A stretch of 61,983 nucleotides of DNA, counting the filler, from Sanchytrium tribonematis (Eukaryota): the NCBI GenBank assembly GCA_018985235.1. It is 7 parts of 7 records of this genome, joined end to end, with 100 filler letters (N's around TTAATTAATTAA, not from the genome) between each part and the next. Parts side by side here need not be neighbours in the genome. Positions count along the whole stretch, not along the records: positions 32,896 to 36,304 come from JADGIG010000865.1; positions 36,405 to 39,808 come from JADGIG010000866.1; positions 39,909 to 61,983 come from JADGIG010000085.1; 4 more parts are not named here. The stretch is one strand, 5' to 3'. The notes under the pieces are model-generated. The model was not told the origin of the DNA and ran no database searches. It saw only the letters and a list, made by a program, of their open reading frames with translations. Within the stretch, counting starts at the first letter, position 1. The number at the start of each line of letters is the position of its first letter. Positions 34,076 to 44,247 of this stretch are shown here, in pieces. A program made the position numbers and the translations under genes.

Positions 34076-35170
34076 ATGGGAATAACTGATAAAATTAAGG
34101 ATATAGAGTACGAGATGAGTAGGACTCAAAAGAACAAAGCAACTGAGCATCATCTTGGGACCTTAAAAGCAAAGTTGGCGAAATTAAGACAAGAGCTTCT
34201 TGAAGATGTAAAAACTAGTTCCAAGGGTGAAGGGTTTGATGTACAAAAAAGTGGTGTAGCCAGAGTCGCTATGCTGGGGTTTCCTAGTGTAGGGAAGTCC
34301 ACTTTATTGTCTAAACTAACTACAACGGAAAGTTTAGCGGCAAACTATGAATTTACCACTCTCACTGCTATTCCCGGAAAATTAAGACTCCACGGCACAG
34401 AAGTTCAACTTTTAGATCTACCTGGAATTATTCAAGGCGCCGCTCAGGGTAAAGGTCGAGGTAGACAAGTTTGCGCAATAATTCGAACAGCAGATTTAGT
34501 TTTATTCATGCTTGATGCTACCAAAGATGTGGAACAACTTAGAATCCTAATGAGAGAGTTAGAGTATATGGGAATCCGAATCAACAAGACTCGACCAAAT
34601 ATTTACATAAAGCAGAAGCAGGGTGGAGGAATTTATTTTAATGCAACCTGTAAATGTACACATTTAAATGACAAAATCGTATCTTCAATTCTAAAAGACC
34701 AGAAAATGCATCATGCTGAAGTCATCATTCATGACGATTACACAGTAGACGAGTTTGTCGACGTTCTTGTAGGAAATCGTAAATATATCAGAGGTCTGTT
34801 TTGCTACAACAAGATTGATGCCGTTCCTTTAGAGAGGGTGGAAGAATTAGCTCTAAGGCAAAACTCGGTGGTTATAAGTTGTGAACTTGAACTTAATTTA
34901 GATTACCTACTAGAAGCAATTTGGCAGCACTTAGATTTAATTCGCATATACACAAAACGGAAAGGTACATATCCTGATTTTGAGAATGGTTTTGTAGTCA
35001 GTCGTGATACTAGTGTTCAAAACATCTGCAGAATGATTCACAAATCATTAGAAAACGAATTTAAATGCGCTCTAGTCTGGGGCACATCTACAAGACACTC
35101 CCCCCAACAAGTAGGGATAAATCATATTTTGGAGGACGAGGATGTCATTCAAATCTTAAAAACAATTTAA
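34076..35170 (+). CDS. RBG2: Developmentally regulated GTP-binding protein DRG2/Rbg2
   Basis: EMSRTQKNKATEHHLG, GFPSVGKST, YEFTTLT, DLPGII, NKID, TGS domain. Confidence 0.9.
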   Translation: MGITDKIKDIEYEMSRTQKNKATEHHLGTLKAKLAKLRQELLEDVKTSSKGEGFDVQKSGVARVAMLGFPSVGKSTLLSKLTTTESLAANYEFTTLTAIPGKLRLHGTEVQLLDLPGIIQGAAQGKGRGRQVCAIIRTADLVLFMLDATKDVEQLRILMRELEYMGIRINKTRPNIYIKQKQGGGIYFNATCKCTHLNDKIVSSILKDQKMHHAEVIIHDDYTVDEFVDVLVGNRKYIRGLFCYNKIDAVPLERVEELALRQNSVVISCELELNLDYLLEAIWQHLDLIRIYTKRKGTYPDFENGFVVSRDTSVQNICRMIHKSLENEFKCALVWGTSTRHSPQQVGINHILEDEDVIQILKTI

Positions 35171-35194
35171 TAAAGCTGTTCCTTCGAACCCTCA

Positions 35195-35695
35195 TTAGTG
35201 AAGCCTATTCAAAGAACCATTTCCAACGACCTTGTCCAATTTATCCAATTTTTTTGGATTTTTTTTAAACTTTTGCCAGTTTTTTTGCGATTTAATATGT
35301 TCTTTCGACTCTTCTTTAATTTTTTCTTGGATTCTCAATTTTCGATTCTCTTTTTTTCTTTTGAGGTATTCATTACTTTTGATACCTTTTTTCTTAATGT
35401 CATTCGACAACGGGCAAAGATCTTGAAGCTTTAAGTTTCGCAACTCAGTCGTTCCGTCAAACTGCACAGTATAGATATTTTCAAATATATTAGTTATAAT
35501 GGCTTTGTAAAAATGACCGTCCAAATCTTTTGCTCCACACTTTGATTTAACTTCATATTTTTGAATTGATTTTGAGTGGCCTTTCGTCACAGAGAGCATT
35601 TCTAATAAGTCACTCTTTAATTCTAAAAGAGCAGCATTATTTGGATCATCTATCAAATCTTTTTCCACGTTTAAAAGTTCGAGTTCATAATCCAT
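35195..35695 (-). CDS. SPF30/SMNDC1-like Tudor-domain splicing factor
   Basis: YELEL..VE..L..DP.NA.LLELK.DL.E N-terminus, Tudor domain (DGHFYKA.I...Y.V.F.G), basic region ending in NWQKF. Confidence 0.75.
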   Translation of the reverse strand: MDYELELLNVEKDLIDDPNNAALLELKSDLLEMLSVTKGHSKSIQKYEVKSKCGAKDLDGHFYKAIITNIFENIYTVQFDGTTELRNLKLQDLCPLSNDIKKKGIKSNEYLKRKKENRKLRIQEKIKEESKEHIKSQKNWQKFKKNPKKLDKLDKVVGNGSLNRLH

Positions 35696-35718
35696 AAATC
35701 TGCTCCTTTTGTAATACA

Positions 35719-35934
35719 ATGGCATTGAGTGATTTTTTGAAAGATCTGCTTGGAAAACCTGTTCTCGTCAAACTTAATGACGGTATTGAATACAAAGGAA
35801 CACTAGCATGTTTAGACGGTTTTATGAATGTAGCATTATCAAAAGCAACTGAAGTGGCTAAAGATAAATCAACTTTCTATGGTGACATATTTCTTCGCGG
35901 AAACAATGTACTTTATTTAAATAAATTGGATTGA
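35719..35934 (+). CDS. LSM6: U6 snRNA-associated Sm-like protein Lsm6
   Basis: SDFL...GKPV.VKLN.G.EY.G.LACLDGFMNVAL...YGD.FLRGNNVLY. Confidence 0.88.
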   Translation: MALSDFLKDLLGKPVLVKLNDGIEYKGTLACLDGFMNVALSKATEVAKDKSTFYGDIFLRGNNVLYLNKLD

Positions 35935-35982
35935 TTGATTAGAAATATCCTCGCCGTTTGCTGTGACGAAAATTTAGAATGG

Positions 35983-36304
35983 ATGACACAAAATAGATTT
36001 CAGGGACTACAAGCAGGATTGCTAAGTGGCTTACTCAATTCATTATTACTCCAACCATTCGATGTGATTCGAACTAGGCAGCAGCAGTCCCATGGCAAAT
36101 TTTTTCACACCGTTAACAAAATTTATGATCAAAATTTGGGAAATTTTTACAAAGGCACAGTTGTAACAATTTATAGGAATGGTGCCGGCTATGCTGCGTA
36201 TTTTGTTGCTTTGAATCAACTTCAAAATACGGTGGGCAAAGGTACACTAAACAACATTTTTTCTGGATGTATGGCTAGATTTTCAGTGGGCCTACTTTTT
36301 TCGC
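35983..36304 (+). CDS. Mitochondrial carrier, SLC25A38/Hem25-like (3' truncated)
   Basis: GLLSG...LLLQPFDVIRTRQQQ carrier signature. Confidence 0.75.
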
Positions 36305-36404
36305 NNNNNNNNNNNNNNNNNNNNNNNNNNNNNNNNNNNNNNNNNNNNTTAATTAATTAANNNNNNNNNNNNNNNNNNNNNNNNNNNNNNNNNNNNNNNN
36401 NNNN

Positions 36405-36801
36405 AGGGCGCATGGTGTAGAGATATGTCAAGGATTTATTGATTGAAGGCAATTGTTTGAAGAATATGATGGTGCAACAAGTATTGCCATGTGGATTTCA
36501 ATATAAGAAACAATTGGCTGATACAGTGCATGCAGTACAGAGTATTAAAGGAGATACGACTGTAGAAATGGATTTATTGACTAAAATTGGAAATGCCATT
36601 TCTGAATGTCACAAATTAGTGCGTGAATTGGATTTAGTATTAAAGAAAATCAATGAATTAGAAGGAAGAGAAGCAGGTGTGGTTTGTAAAGGGGAATTGG
36701 TGCCTATTATGGATCAAATGAGAGTACATGCGGATATTTTAGAGGAATTGGTGGATGATAAATTATGGCCATATCCTAAATATTTGGAATTGTTGTACTA
36801 G
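36405..36801 (+). CDS. Glutamine synthetase type III, C-terminal fragment
   Basis: IE...L..M..QQVLP and P.M...R...D.LE.LVDDKLWPYPKY.ELL, typical of the GSIII C-terminus. Confidence 0.8.
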
Positions 36802-36870
36802 TTGGTAATAAATATATGATTTGATTTTCAATTGAATTTGTCATTCACGGTGGGATGCGTGCACAGGTGC

Positions 36871-36980
36871 TGTGATTGGATGCGTACATCGAGTAATACT
36901 CTGTTGTATTTGTGATTGGATGATTGAGATTAAAAATTGCTTGCAGGTTCCATAAATAGAGACATGTCCCTTCACTGTAC
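36871..36980 (+). promoter_or_regulatory. Putative promoter with reverse CCAAT boxes and a TATA-like element, duplicated upstream of the paralog (about 37500-37649)
   Basis: TGTGATTGGA twice, then ATAAATAG-A(G/A)ACATGTCCCT about 30 nt before the ATG; same layout before 37650. Confidence 0.5.
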
Positions 36981-37262
36981 ATGATTTCATTGATTGCTTT
37001 ACCAATTTATGCAATTCCAATGCCAGAATCAGCACAATTCTCTCAATCAATTAAAAATGAAATCACTAATACGGTAATATCCTATTTTGCAACTTGTATG
37101 CGACAATGCATTGGAACTCACTCAGATTGTGCAAGTATCATGGCAGATTGCGTATTACGTTACAAAATACCACAAGATCCCATGCCACAAGATCCCATGC
37201 CACAAGATCCCACTTTGGTGCAACCACATATGCCTACTTACTTTCAACCTCAAATTCAATAA
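36981..37262 (+). CDS. Small secreted Cys-containing protein, paralog A
   Basis: Signal-like MISLIALPIYA, CMRQC...DC...DC, PQDPM repeats. Confidence 0.7.
   Translation: MISLIALPIYAIPMPESAQFSQSIKNEITNTVISYFATCMRQCIGTHSDCASIMADCVLRYKIPQDPMPQDPMPQDPTLVQPHMPTYFQPQIQ
37170..37211 (+). repeat. 15-bp tandem repeat CCACAAGATCCCATG (about 2.8 copies, encoding PQDPM)
   Basis: Seen directly; paralog B has a single copy. Confidence 0.85.
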
Positions 37263-37649
37263 AAGATTTGAATTGGGAATTGAAATCTATTGCCACTGTT
37301 TTATTTTAATAATTATCCGATAAATTGTTTTGATTGCCATATTTGAATTTGCCCTGTTGGCAAATAATGGAGAAAGCTGCCGTCAAAGAGTATTATGAAA
37401 TTGTGTCACAAATAACTTTACAACATCGAAGAACCTTTTAATATGATTAATCAATCATTATAGTCGTTTCACATTTCATTTTAATGTTTTTTTCATTACA
37501 TGCTGTGATTGGATACGTGCAATGATTTCTGCGATTGGATGATTGCACCGTGCAGTTGTCTGAATGACTCTTGCATGTGATTTAATTGGTTGAGCTTGAT
37601 AATCACAGAATCAATTAAACATAAATAGAAACATGTCCCTTTACTGCAC

Positions 37650-37889
37650 ATGATTTCATTATTTGCTTCATCAATTTACGCAATTCCACAACCAGCATCA
37701 GCACAATTCTCACAATCAATTAAAAATGAAATCACTAAAGTGGTATTAAGTAATTTGGCTAATTGTATGCGACAATGCATTGGAACTCATTCAGATTGTG
37801 CAAGTATCATGGTAGATTGCGTATTACAGTATGGGATGCCACAAGATCCCACTTTTGAGCAACCAACAAATCAAACGCCAATGAAATAA
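37650..37889 (+). CDS. Small secreted Cys-containing protein, paralog B
   Basis: MISLFASSIYA...SAQFSQSIKNEIT...CMRQCIGTHSDCASIM, highly similar to paralog A. Confidence 0.7.
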   Translation: MISLFASSIYAIPQPASAQFSQSIKNEITKVVLSNLANCMRQCIGTHSDCASIMVDCVLQYGMPQDPTFEQPTNQTPMK

Positions 37890-38055
37890 ACAAATTTAAT
37901 TGGAGATTTTGATATTTTGCGCCACCTTTGGAAAACTTATGTAAATTTGACGTCTTATTTCATACAGCCACGTTGTCAATACATGACAGGTAATTTTCAA
38001 AATATCGCTTATATACAAAACCTGATGTGGATCAGTTTTTATCAAAAATAATTGA

Positions 38056-39808
38056 TTTTTTTTTTTCCTTAACTTTATTTATTAAATATAAATTGGGGAA
38101 CTCTAAAATCTAGCATTTGCGTCTTCTCAAAATTCACCAAAATATTTACAATTAAGTCTGTATATGTCCAGAAACATTCATTCTAGGTGGAGGTGGTGGA
38201 GGTGGTCGCATATAGTCATATGATAGTGTCTTAAATAGGTCCAATGTCTCATAAAATTCGTGTTGTTGTATTGTTTGCACTGGTGACCACTTAATATCCT
38301 GTTTTTTATCCCATTTGGAGGAAGCCAAAACCTGTTGTGGTAGTACGAAATCTGAGATTGTGTCATTTGGTACCTTGGCATAATACACACATTCATTTTG
38401 AACTATATTATTGCAATCTAACTCCAAATATTCAATTTTTATAGAATGAAGTTGATTAATCATTTGATAAAAGTAAAATAAAATTGTGTAATATTCTAGT
38501 TTGGAGAATCTCACTTCGTTATTTACAATTCTGTTTAAAACATGAGCTGATTTTTCCAAATGGGTATAAACAATTATTTGATATGTCGACAATTGCAAAT
38601 TTAAACTCAAAATATGTTTTAAGGCCTGAGTTATAGCAGCAAAATCTAACAATAGTTGTGGAACATTCTCCCAGGCTATATTTTTGGATAATGTCTTTTT
38701 GATTTTGTTAGAGTATTGATTAATATATAGAACAGTATACGAAATTCCGGAATGATGCTGAATACCGTTTGATTTTGTGTAAGAACTGACGAAAATTTTA
38801 ATAACATTTGGTTCAAAATATCTATGCAACTCATAATCACATGGATGAAGTATTGAATCTGGCATTTGAGTGTCTTGAGCTATTGAATGAGGTCGGGAGA
38901 TTAAAATATTATTAAATAAAATTGGGTTATGTGCCATTAAGTAGTGGCTTGCAAAATGAAGTGGCTTGAAGGTGGTTTGACATGGTGGATTTCCTATTCG
39001 GCAAGGTGTTTGATATCTTGGAATTGCGCGACATAGAAGTAAATTATAATGTGGTGATTTGATTGGGTGTTTGTGTAGTATTGAATGGTATTCAAAGGAT
39101 GCAGAAGGTTTTAGAATTATGTTTGTGGGTTTCTCAACATTTAAATTGTATTTTGTTGCCATGTCCATTTGATGTTTGAAATAAATAAATTCATTTCTCG
39201 CTGCAAAGTCGGGATATTTAACTAATTCTACCAGTGTACTAGTTGCTAATCCAATTGGAGACCCCACTAAATTTTTTACAATTCTCTTGACAAATGATTG
39301 GAACTTGTAAAGCTGTTTTGGTTTGAATTGAATATTTGGCATATTTTGCTCAATCAAAGGTGTAATGTGACATGTGAGTAATCTTGAACAACATTGAAGT
39401 GGTAAACCACCATAAAACAAGCCAATTTGTTTCAGCTGATTTTCTTTTTTGTATAATTTAGTCATCACTACATTAAATTGATCATCAACCGCAATACCAT
39501 CGCTTTGAAATTGATATCCAAGATATCTTTCCGATGATTGGGTGGTGTTGATATTAGAGACAGAAGATAGAACAGTATTAGTGACAATCTTGCTTTTACT
39601 GCAATTGATATTTAGTCCTAATTCTGCTAATTTACTAGATAATTGTGTGATTAGTGATTCAGTCGCAATTAGATTGGTACTTACTGACGCATGGTCATCG
39701 GCAAACAACTGTAATAGAGATTCACATTCATTAATTAAAGAATAAATTGGTTGAAGACAACTGGTGAAAAGAAAAGGGGATAGACAATCACCCTGTGTCA
39801 CTCCAGAT
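38056..39808 (-). mobile_element. Non-LTR retrotransposon (LINE) 3' part: RT, RNase H-like domain, 3' UTR and poly(A)
   Basis: GVTQGDCLSP.LF, LFADD, GL.IN.SK, RYLG; ORF ends at 38152; AATAAA near 38074-38083 and A11 at 38056-38066 on the minus strand. Confidence 0.85.
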
Positions 39809-40093
39809 NNNNNNNNNNNNNNNNNNNNNNNNNNNNNNNNNNNNNNNNNNNNTTAATTAATTAANNNNNNNNNNNNNNNNNNNNNNNNNNNNNNNNNNNN
39901 NNNNNNNNGTTTGATAAGCCTCACTAGCCCCGGAATGTTTTCATAATGTCCGTGTAAATCATTGAAGAAAATAATTCTAAGACAATTTAAAATATTGAAG
40001 AGCAACATCCAAAGATTTGAGAAAATGGATACAACGCCCCTCGGCAATTCTAGCGGCAAATTTTGATTATGAAAAAATAGAATGATTTATTAC

Positions 40094-40300
40094 TCAATGC
40101 TGATTTTGGTTTTCCTTGATCATGTTTTTAACAAGGTCACCAGTCTTATTTTCTTCGGCAAGTGTCCTCGCATTATTTTGTGACATTTGTGGCAGCTTTT
40201 TAATAAAATCGTCTTTATCATTCGTTGTAAGGACCATAGAGGCGTAGCCGATTGCACCGATTGCTATTGTTGCTATGATTGATTTCTTGAAGACACTCAT
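40094..40300 (-). CDS. Small single-TM protein, Cbp4-like (cytochrome b assembly)
   Basis: KK.I....IG.IGY..M..TT.....FIKKLP resembles the Cbp4 pattern. Confidence 0.45.
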   Translation of the reverse strand: MSVFKKSIIATIAIGAIGYASMVLTTNDKDDFIKKLPQMSQNNARTLAEENKTGDLVKNMIKENQNQH

Positions 40301-40449
40301 TCCGTCTCTTGTTTCAAATAAGTCCAAATGATCAAAATATGCAAAAAATTCTTAAAAAGCTAATGTATTTTGCTCATCAAAGTGTCAAGTCATTAAATCG
40401 TTTTTATGCTACTATAATTTAAACTCACAAAGTCCCTTGAAACTACATT

Positions 40450-40656
40450 ATGGCAGGAATTCATCCTTGGGAAGTCTCAATCTTTAATAGAAAGTATGCG
40501 TCACACAAAGTTGTCATGGCATTTTTTGCAGTACTTGGGGGAAGTATTGCTTATTCTATTATGAAGCCAAAAAACTATGACATCAAGAAATATGTCCAAG
40601 CATTGCCTAAAGATCAGCAAGAATTACTAAAACAAAAAAATATAAAAATTGAGTAA
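40450..40656 (+). CDS. Small single-TM protein, ATP synthase subunit k (Atp19)-like
   Basis: IFNRKYASHKVVM plus TM helix resembles fungal Atp19 (IFGR.V.SH.LAM). Confidence 0.45.
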   Translation: MAGIHPWEVSIFNRKYASHKVVMAFFAVLGGSIAYSIMKPKNYDIKKYVQALPKDQQELLKQKNIKIE

Positions 40657-40671
40657 AATCTTTATTCGTAA

Positions 40672-41511
40672 TTAACAAAAAATATTAGAAAGCTCATTTG
40701 ATGCTCGTATATACATACCTTGAGATACATAACCACCAGCGTCCATTTGGGATTTCAAGATTTTGTCCTTCGCTCTTTTATCCTGCCAAAATTGCAAAAA
40801 TTTAGTGAAAGTAGGTGTTGGCTTTTTGATTTCGCTCTCAAAAAAGGTATAATTTGTCGAAATCAGGGTTTCTAATGGATTGACCGGAGTTTCATTGATT
40901 TTCTCGTTGTATCTTCTCATGGCATCTTGGGCATCTAATCCAAGTTCGATGTCTTGGAATAGTTTTTGCTTCTCCATGGACAACTCTTGCTTCAATCTGT
41001 TTTTATCGTGCAGCTGTTTTGACTGCCTTTCTTTTGCTTTCCTTTCATTAGTCTGAATTTTGTTTTTCATAATTTGTAATCTGGCGTGCTCTTTGTTTTG
41101 GTTTTGTATAATCTCTTCTTTATGCTCATTTTCATATTTTCTGATAATTTTTTCAGTAGCTGGAATATCAATACCCTCTAGTAAATTCATGATCAAATTT
41201 TCCTTTAATTCAATATAATCATTAAATTCCATTAAGTTTTCAAAATCTTCCTCTTTCTTATTATAGATATTTTCAATTCTTTTCCTAATTCGCAAGTCTC
41301 TTTCAATGCTGATATCCTCAAACAATTGCTCTTGAAATAAATGCTTCTTAATATGAGTGCCACATTGCGGACAAGATACAGTGCGTCCGATTACAAAGAG
41401 TCTTTCAATACATTCTTCACACATAATATGAAAACAAGTACTCATCCTCAACCTTATGCTAGGATTTATAAACCTATCCGCATGGCAAGAACAGCATAAA
41501 GAATTATTCAT
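40672..41511 (-). CDS. TFB3: CAK assembly factor MAT1/Tfb3
   Basis: N-terminal RING, FEDISIERDLRIRKRI..IYNK.EEDF..L.EFNDY.E. Confidence 0.92.
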   Translation of the reverse strand: MNNSLCCSCHADRFINPSIRLRMSTCFHIMCEECIERLFVIGRTVSCPQCGTHIKKHLFQEQLFEDISIERDLRIRKRIENIYNKKEEDFENLMEFNDYIELKENLIMNLLEGIDIPATEKIIRKYENEHKEEIIQNQNKEHARLQIMKNKIQTNERKAKERQSKQLHDKNRLKQELSMEKQKLFQDIELGLDAQDAMRRYNEKINETPVNPLETLISTNYTFFESEIKKPTPTFTKFLQFWQDKRAKDKILKSQMDAGGYVSQGMYIRASNELSNIFC

Positions 41512-41598
41512 TGCTTCAAGGAGTGACAGTATAAGATTAAAACCATTCGTATTATACTTTAGTTCAGAATGGTAATAATAAAATTGTGGCAAATTATA

Positions 41599-41672
41599 GC
41601 CTCTGTAGCTCAGTTTGGTAGAGCGTTGGACTTTTAATCCAAAGGCCAGGGGATCGAGACCCCTCGGAGGCG
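41599..41672 (+). tRNA. tRNA-Lys(UUU), intronless
   Basis: Acceptor GCCTCTG/CGGAGGC, D-arm GCTC/GAGC, anticodon arm TTGGA-CTTTTAA-TCCAA, T-arm AGGGG-ATCGAGA-CCCCT; T5 tract downstream. Confidence 0.92.
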
Positions 41673-41800
41673 TAAATTATAATTTTTAACATTTGTGTAC
41701 TCCTTATTAATGAGCATTGTGAATCTTTGTTAATTAAAATAAAAGCCATCAATGATTTATTTCGATATATTTAAATTTGAGACTCAAATTGAAACTGGAG

Positions 41801-44207
41801 ATGAATAGTAATGAATTATCAAGATTAGGTTCGAAAGATTTTGATCCTCAAGCATTCATTAGACGGCAAATTGCGACACTCGACGACAGTGGACTGCAGG
41901 ATCTGAAATCCAAGCTGAAAGAGGCTCACAAGCAAGCTCAACAAGACGTCAATCATGTCCTCATGAATAATTACAAAAGCTTTTTAAATTTGACAGAGCA
42001 ATTGACAGCGATAGAGGTGGAACAACTTTCTATCAGTAATATTATTTTAGAAGTTAAGGGAATTTTCAAAGCTATGCAACTAGAAGAGATTCAAGTGGAG
42101 GCACCACAAGGAGGCACAGAATTACAAGAGGAAATTGTTGATCTCGAGGAGGCGGTTGGTAAAATAGACAAAAAAGTTCTACATATATCTTATTATTGTT
42201 ATCATTTGACTGGATCTTATCCCGACAAAAAAATTTATCGAATATTTCTGTTCACCGATAACGTTGTAATAACAGTTCGTAAAAAAAAGGGACAAAACGC
42301 TAGAACTAAGGAGTTTGTGGACGCTTTCATTCCTCTCAATAAGCTTTTTATAAGTTCAGCCTCTGATATCGAAATCACATTGTTACACACCGAAAATCAG
42401 ACAGAATTAAAGTTCCGTTTTGAAAAAGTGAAAAACAAACAAGATACTTATGAAAATATCAAGCAAGCCGTGTCTGTGATTAGTCAGGGAGCCAAATCGC
42501 ATTTGAGAAGCAATACGACTAATTCAATGACGATGATGAGGCCTGCAGTAGAGACTACTAATTTGGAAACGGAAATTATGACTTCAACACAATTCAGTGC
42601 ATTTACAACCGTGATAGATCAGCTTGACGATGCGGTTCATATGAGAAATTTTCAACAATCTGCCAAATTGTATAACGAAGGCAAAAAAATTCTTTCAAAT
42701 TATGGCTATAAAGATTCGATGGCTCATAATTGTAGAAAACTATTACAATTAAAACACAAAGAGCTTTCTAACATTCTTTTATCCCAGCTCAATAATCAGA
42801 CTAATTCTAAACAGCATGTAATTACTTACAATACATTATTAATGGAAATTGGACTAGCCGAGCAAGCAGCAGAAATTTTTCTTAAAATGCGCTCACAATT
42901 GATTAAAAAGCGAGCAAGGCAAATTGTCTATCAAGGAGATGTGGTCAACTTCATTAGTGATCTATCCTTTGTTTTATTTTCTCTAATTAGAAACACCGGT
43001 GATTGGTACCTCACAAGCTTCAAGGACGCGATGATGATTAGCATCTACGTGAAATGGGCCCGGGACGAAGTTTCGAATTACGTTGAGATTTGCAAAAGAC
43101 ACTTGAATATAAATCAATTTTCCTCACTGCGAAAAATTGCACAGACGCTATACCAGATTGAGCACCATGCCGATATTGTAATATTCACTAACTTAGTTGA
43201 ACAAAAGTGGTATCAATATCACATATATTATCCATGATTTGCTTGAGTCTCATGTAGTTGAAAATTTAAGAAACACTAAAAACTCCAGCGCTTTTGCTGT
43301 TGGAAAGGCGGTTGTGGAGGATGATTTGAAGACTCTAGCAGAAAATAAGCTTTTAAATGAAATATCTGCCCTGAATGGAAATACCTTGGAACACTCGAAA
43401 AGCACGAATCTTTTAAAAGAAAACATCAAAGGCTTGAGCGAGTTGGCTATGTCAACTAATAATCTGATCATTCGAAACGAGACTTTTGTAGCGATAGAAA
43501 CTATCTTGGAGGCGTATTTTCATGTTAGCTTAAAAATCGTGGATGAAAGAGATAATTTGTCTGAACTTGATTTACAGATGATTATTCAAAATTCTTTATT
43601 TGTACACAATCTGATTGTGGATGATGTTATAAAGGATTTGAATGAGCTATCCGAATTTTACTCTAATTTTTCGGAAGCCATTATCAAAAGAGCAGAAGAA
43701 GGGAAAGAAAAGTTAATACTGGGTTCTTTTAACAAATATTGTCCCCATCTTGTCTCACAAATTTATAAATTCACCGACATGAATTTATCAGACGACAATC
43801 CACTGAGTTCTACCCAATTACCAAGCCATAATATGGGTAATATCATCTTCAAATTTAAGGCTTTTGGGCGTTCATTAGCGACATACCAGAATGAGATCAT
43901 AGGGAGATTAATCTCTGTTTTCCTTATTGAGTTAAGCAAAGATACTTATTGGACGGCTAGTGGAAAACTTCGAAACTTAGGAGTCGGTGGTGTGGAGCTT
44001 ATCATGTTGGATGTGCAATTTTTACTACGGTCATTTGAGGAAATCTTAAACGAAAATATTAAGCAAGAAGGAAAAAAATTGTTAGAAAAAGCCATTAAGT
44101 CTTACTTTGAAAAATGCGGTGAGACCGGCAAGCAGCCTAAACAATTCAAAACTACTGACTGGTTTGAAAAGCAGGTTCAGCATGCCATATCTGATATCCC
44201 CAAGTGA
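41801..44207 (+). CDS. EXO84: Exocyst subunit Exo84 (2 exons)
   Basis: Vps51-like N-terminus (FDPQAFI...NYKSF), PH domain, Exo84 C-terminal helices; 19-nt intron 43178-43196 GTAATATTCACTAACTTAG. Confidence 0.85.
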
Positions 44208-44247
44208 TTTTTTTCAAATTAATTTCTCAATAAACTCCTTGTTGCAT

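Noticed and set aside
22233..39908. Recurrent TTAATTAATTAA flanked by N runs, resembling a regular repeat array
   Set aside because: Identical 100-nt artificial spacers joining contigs of near-equal, non-increasing length (3433, 3421, 3409, 3409, 3404 bp). ORFs running through them and cross-gap gene neighbourhoods are artefacts
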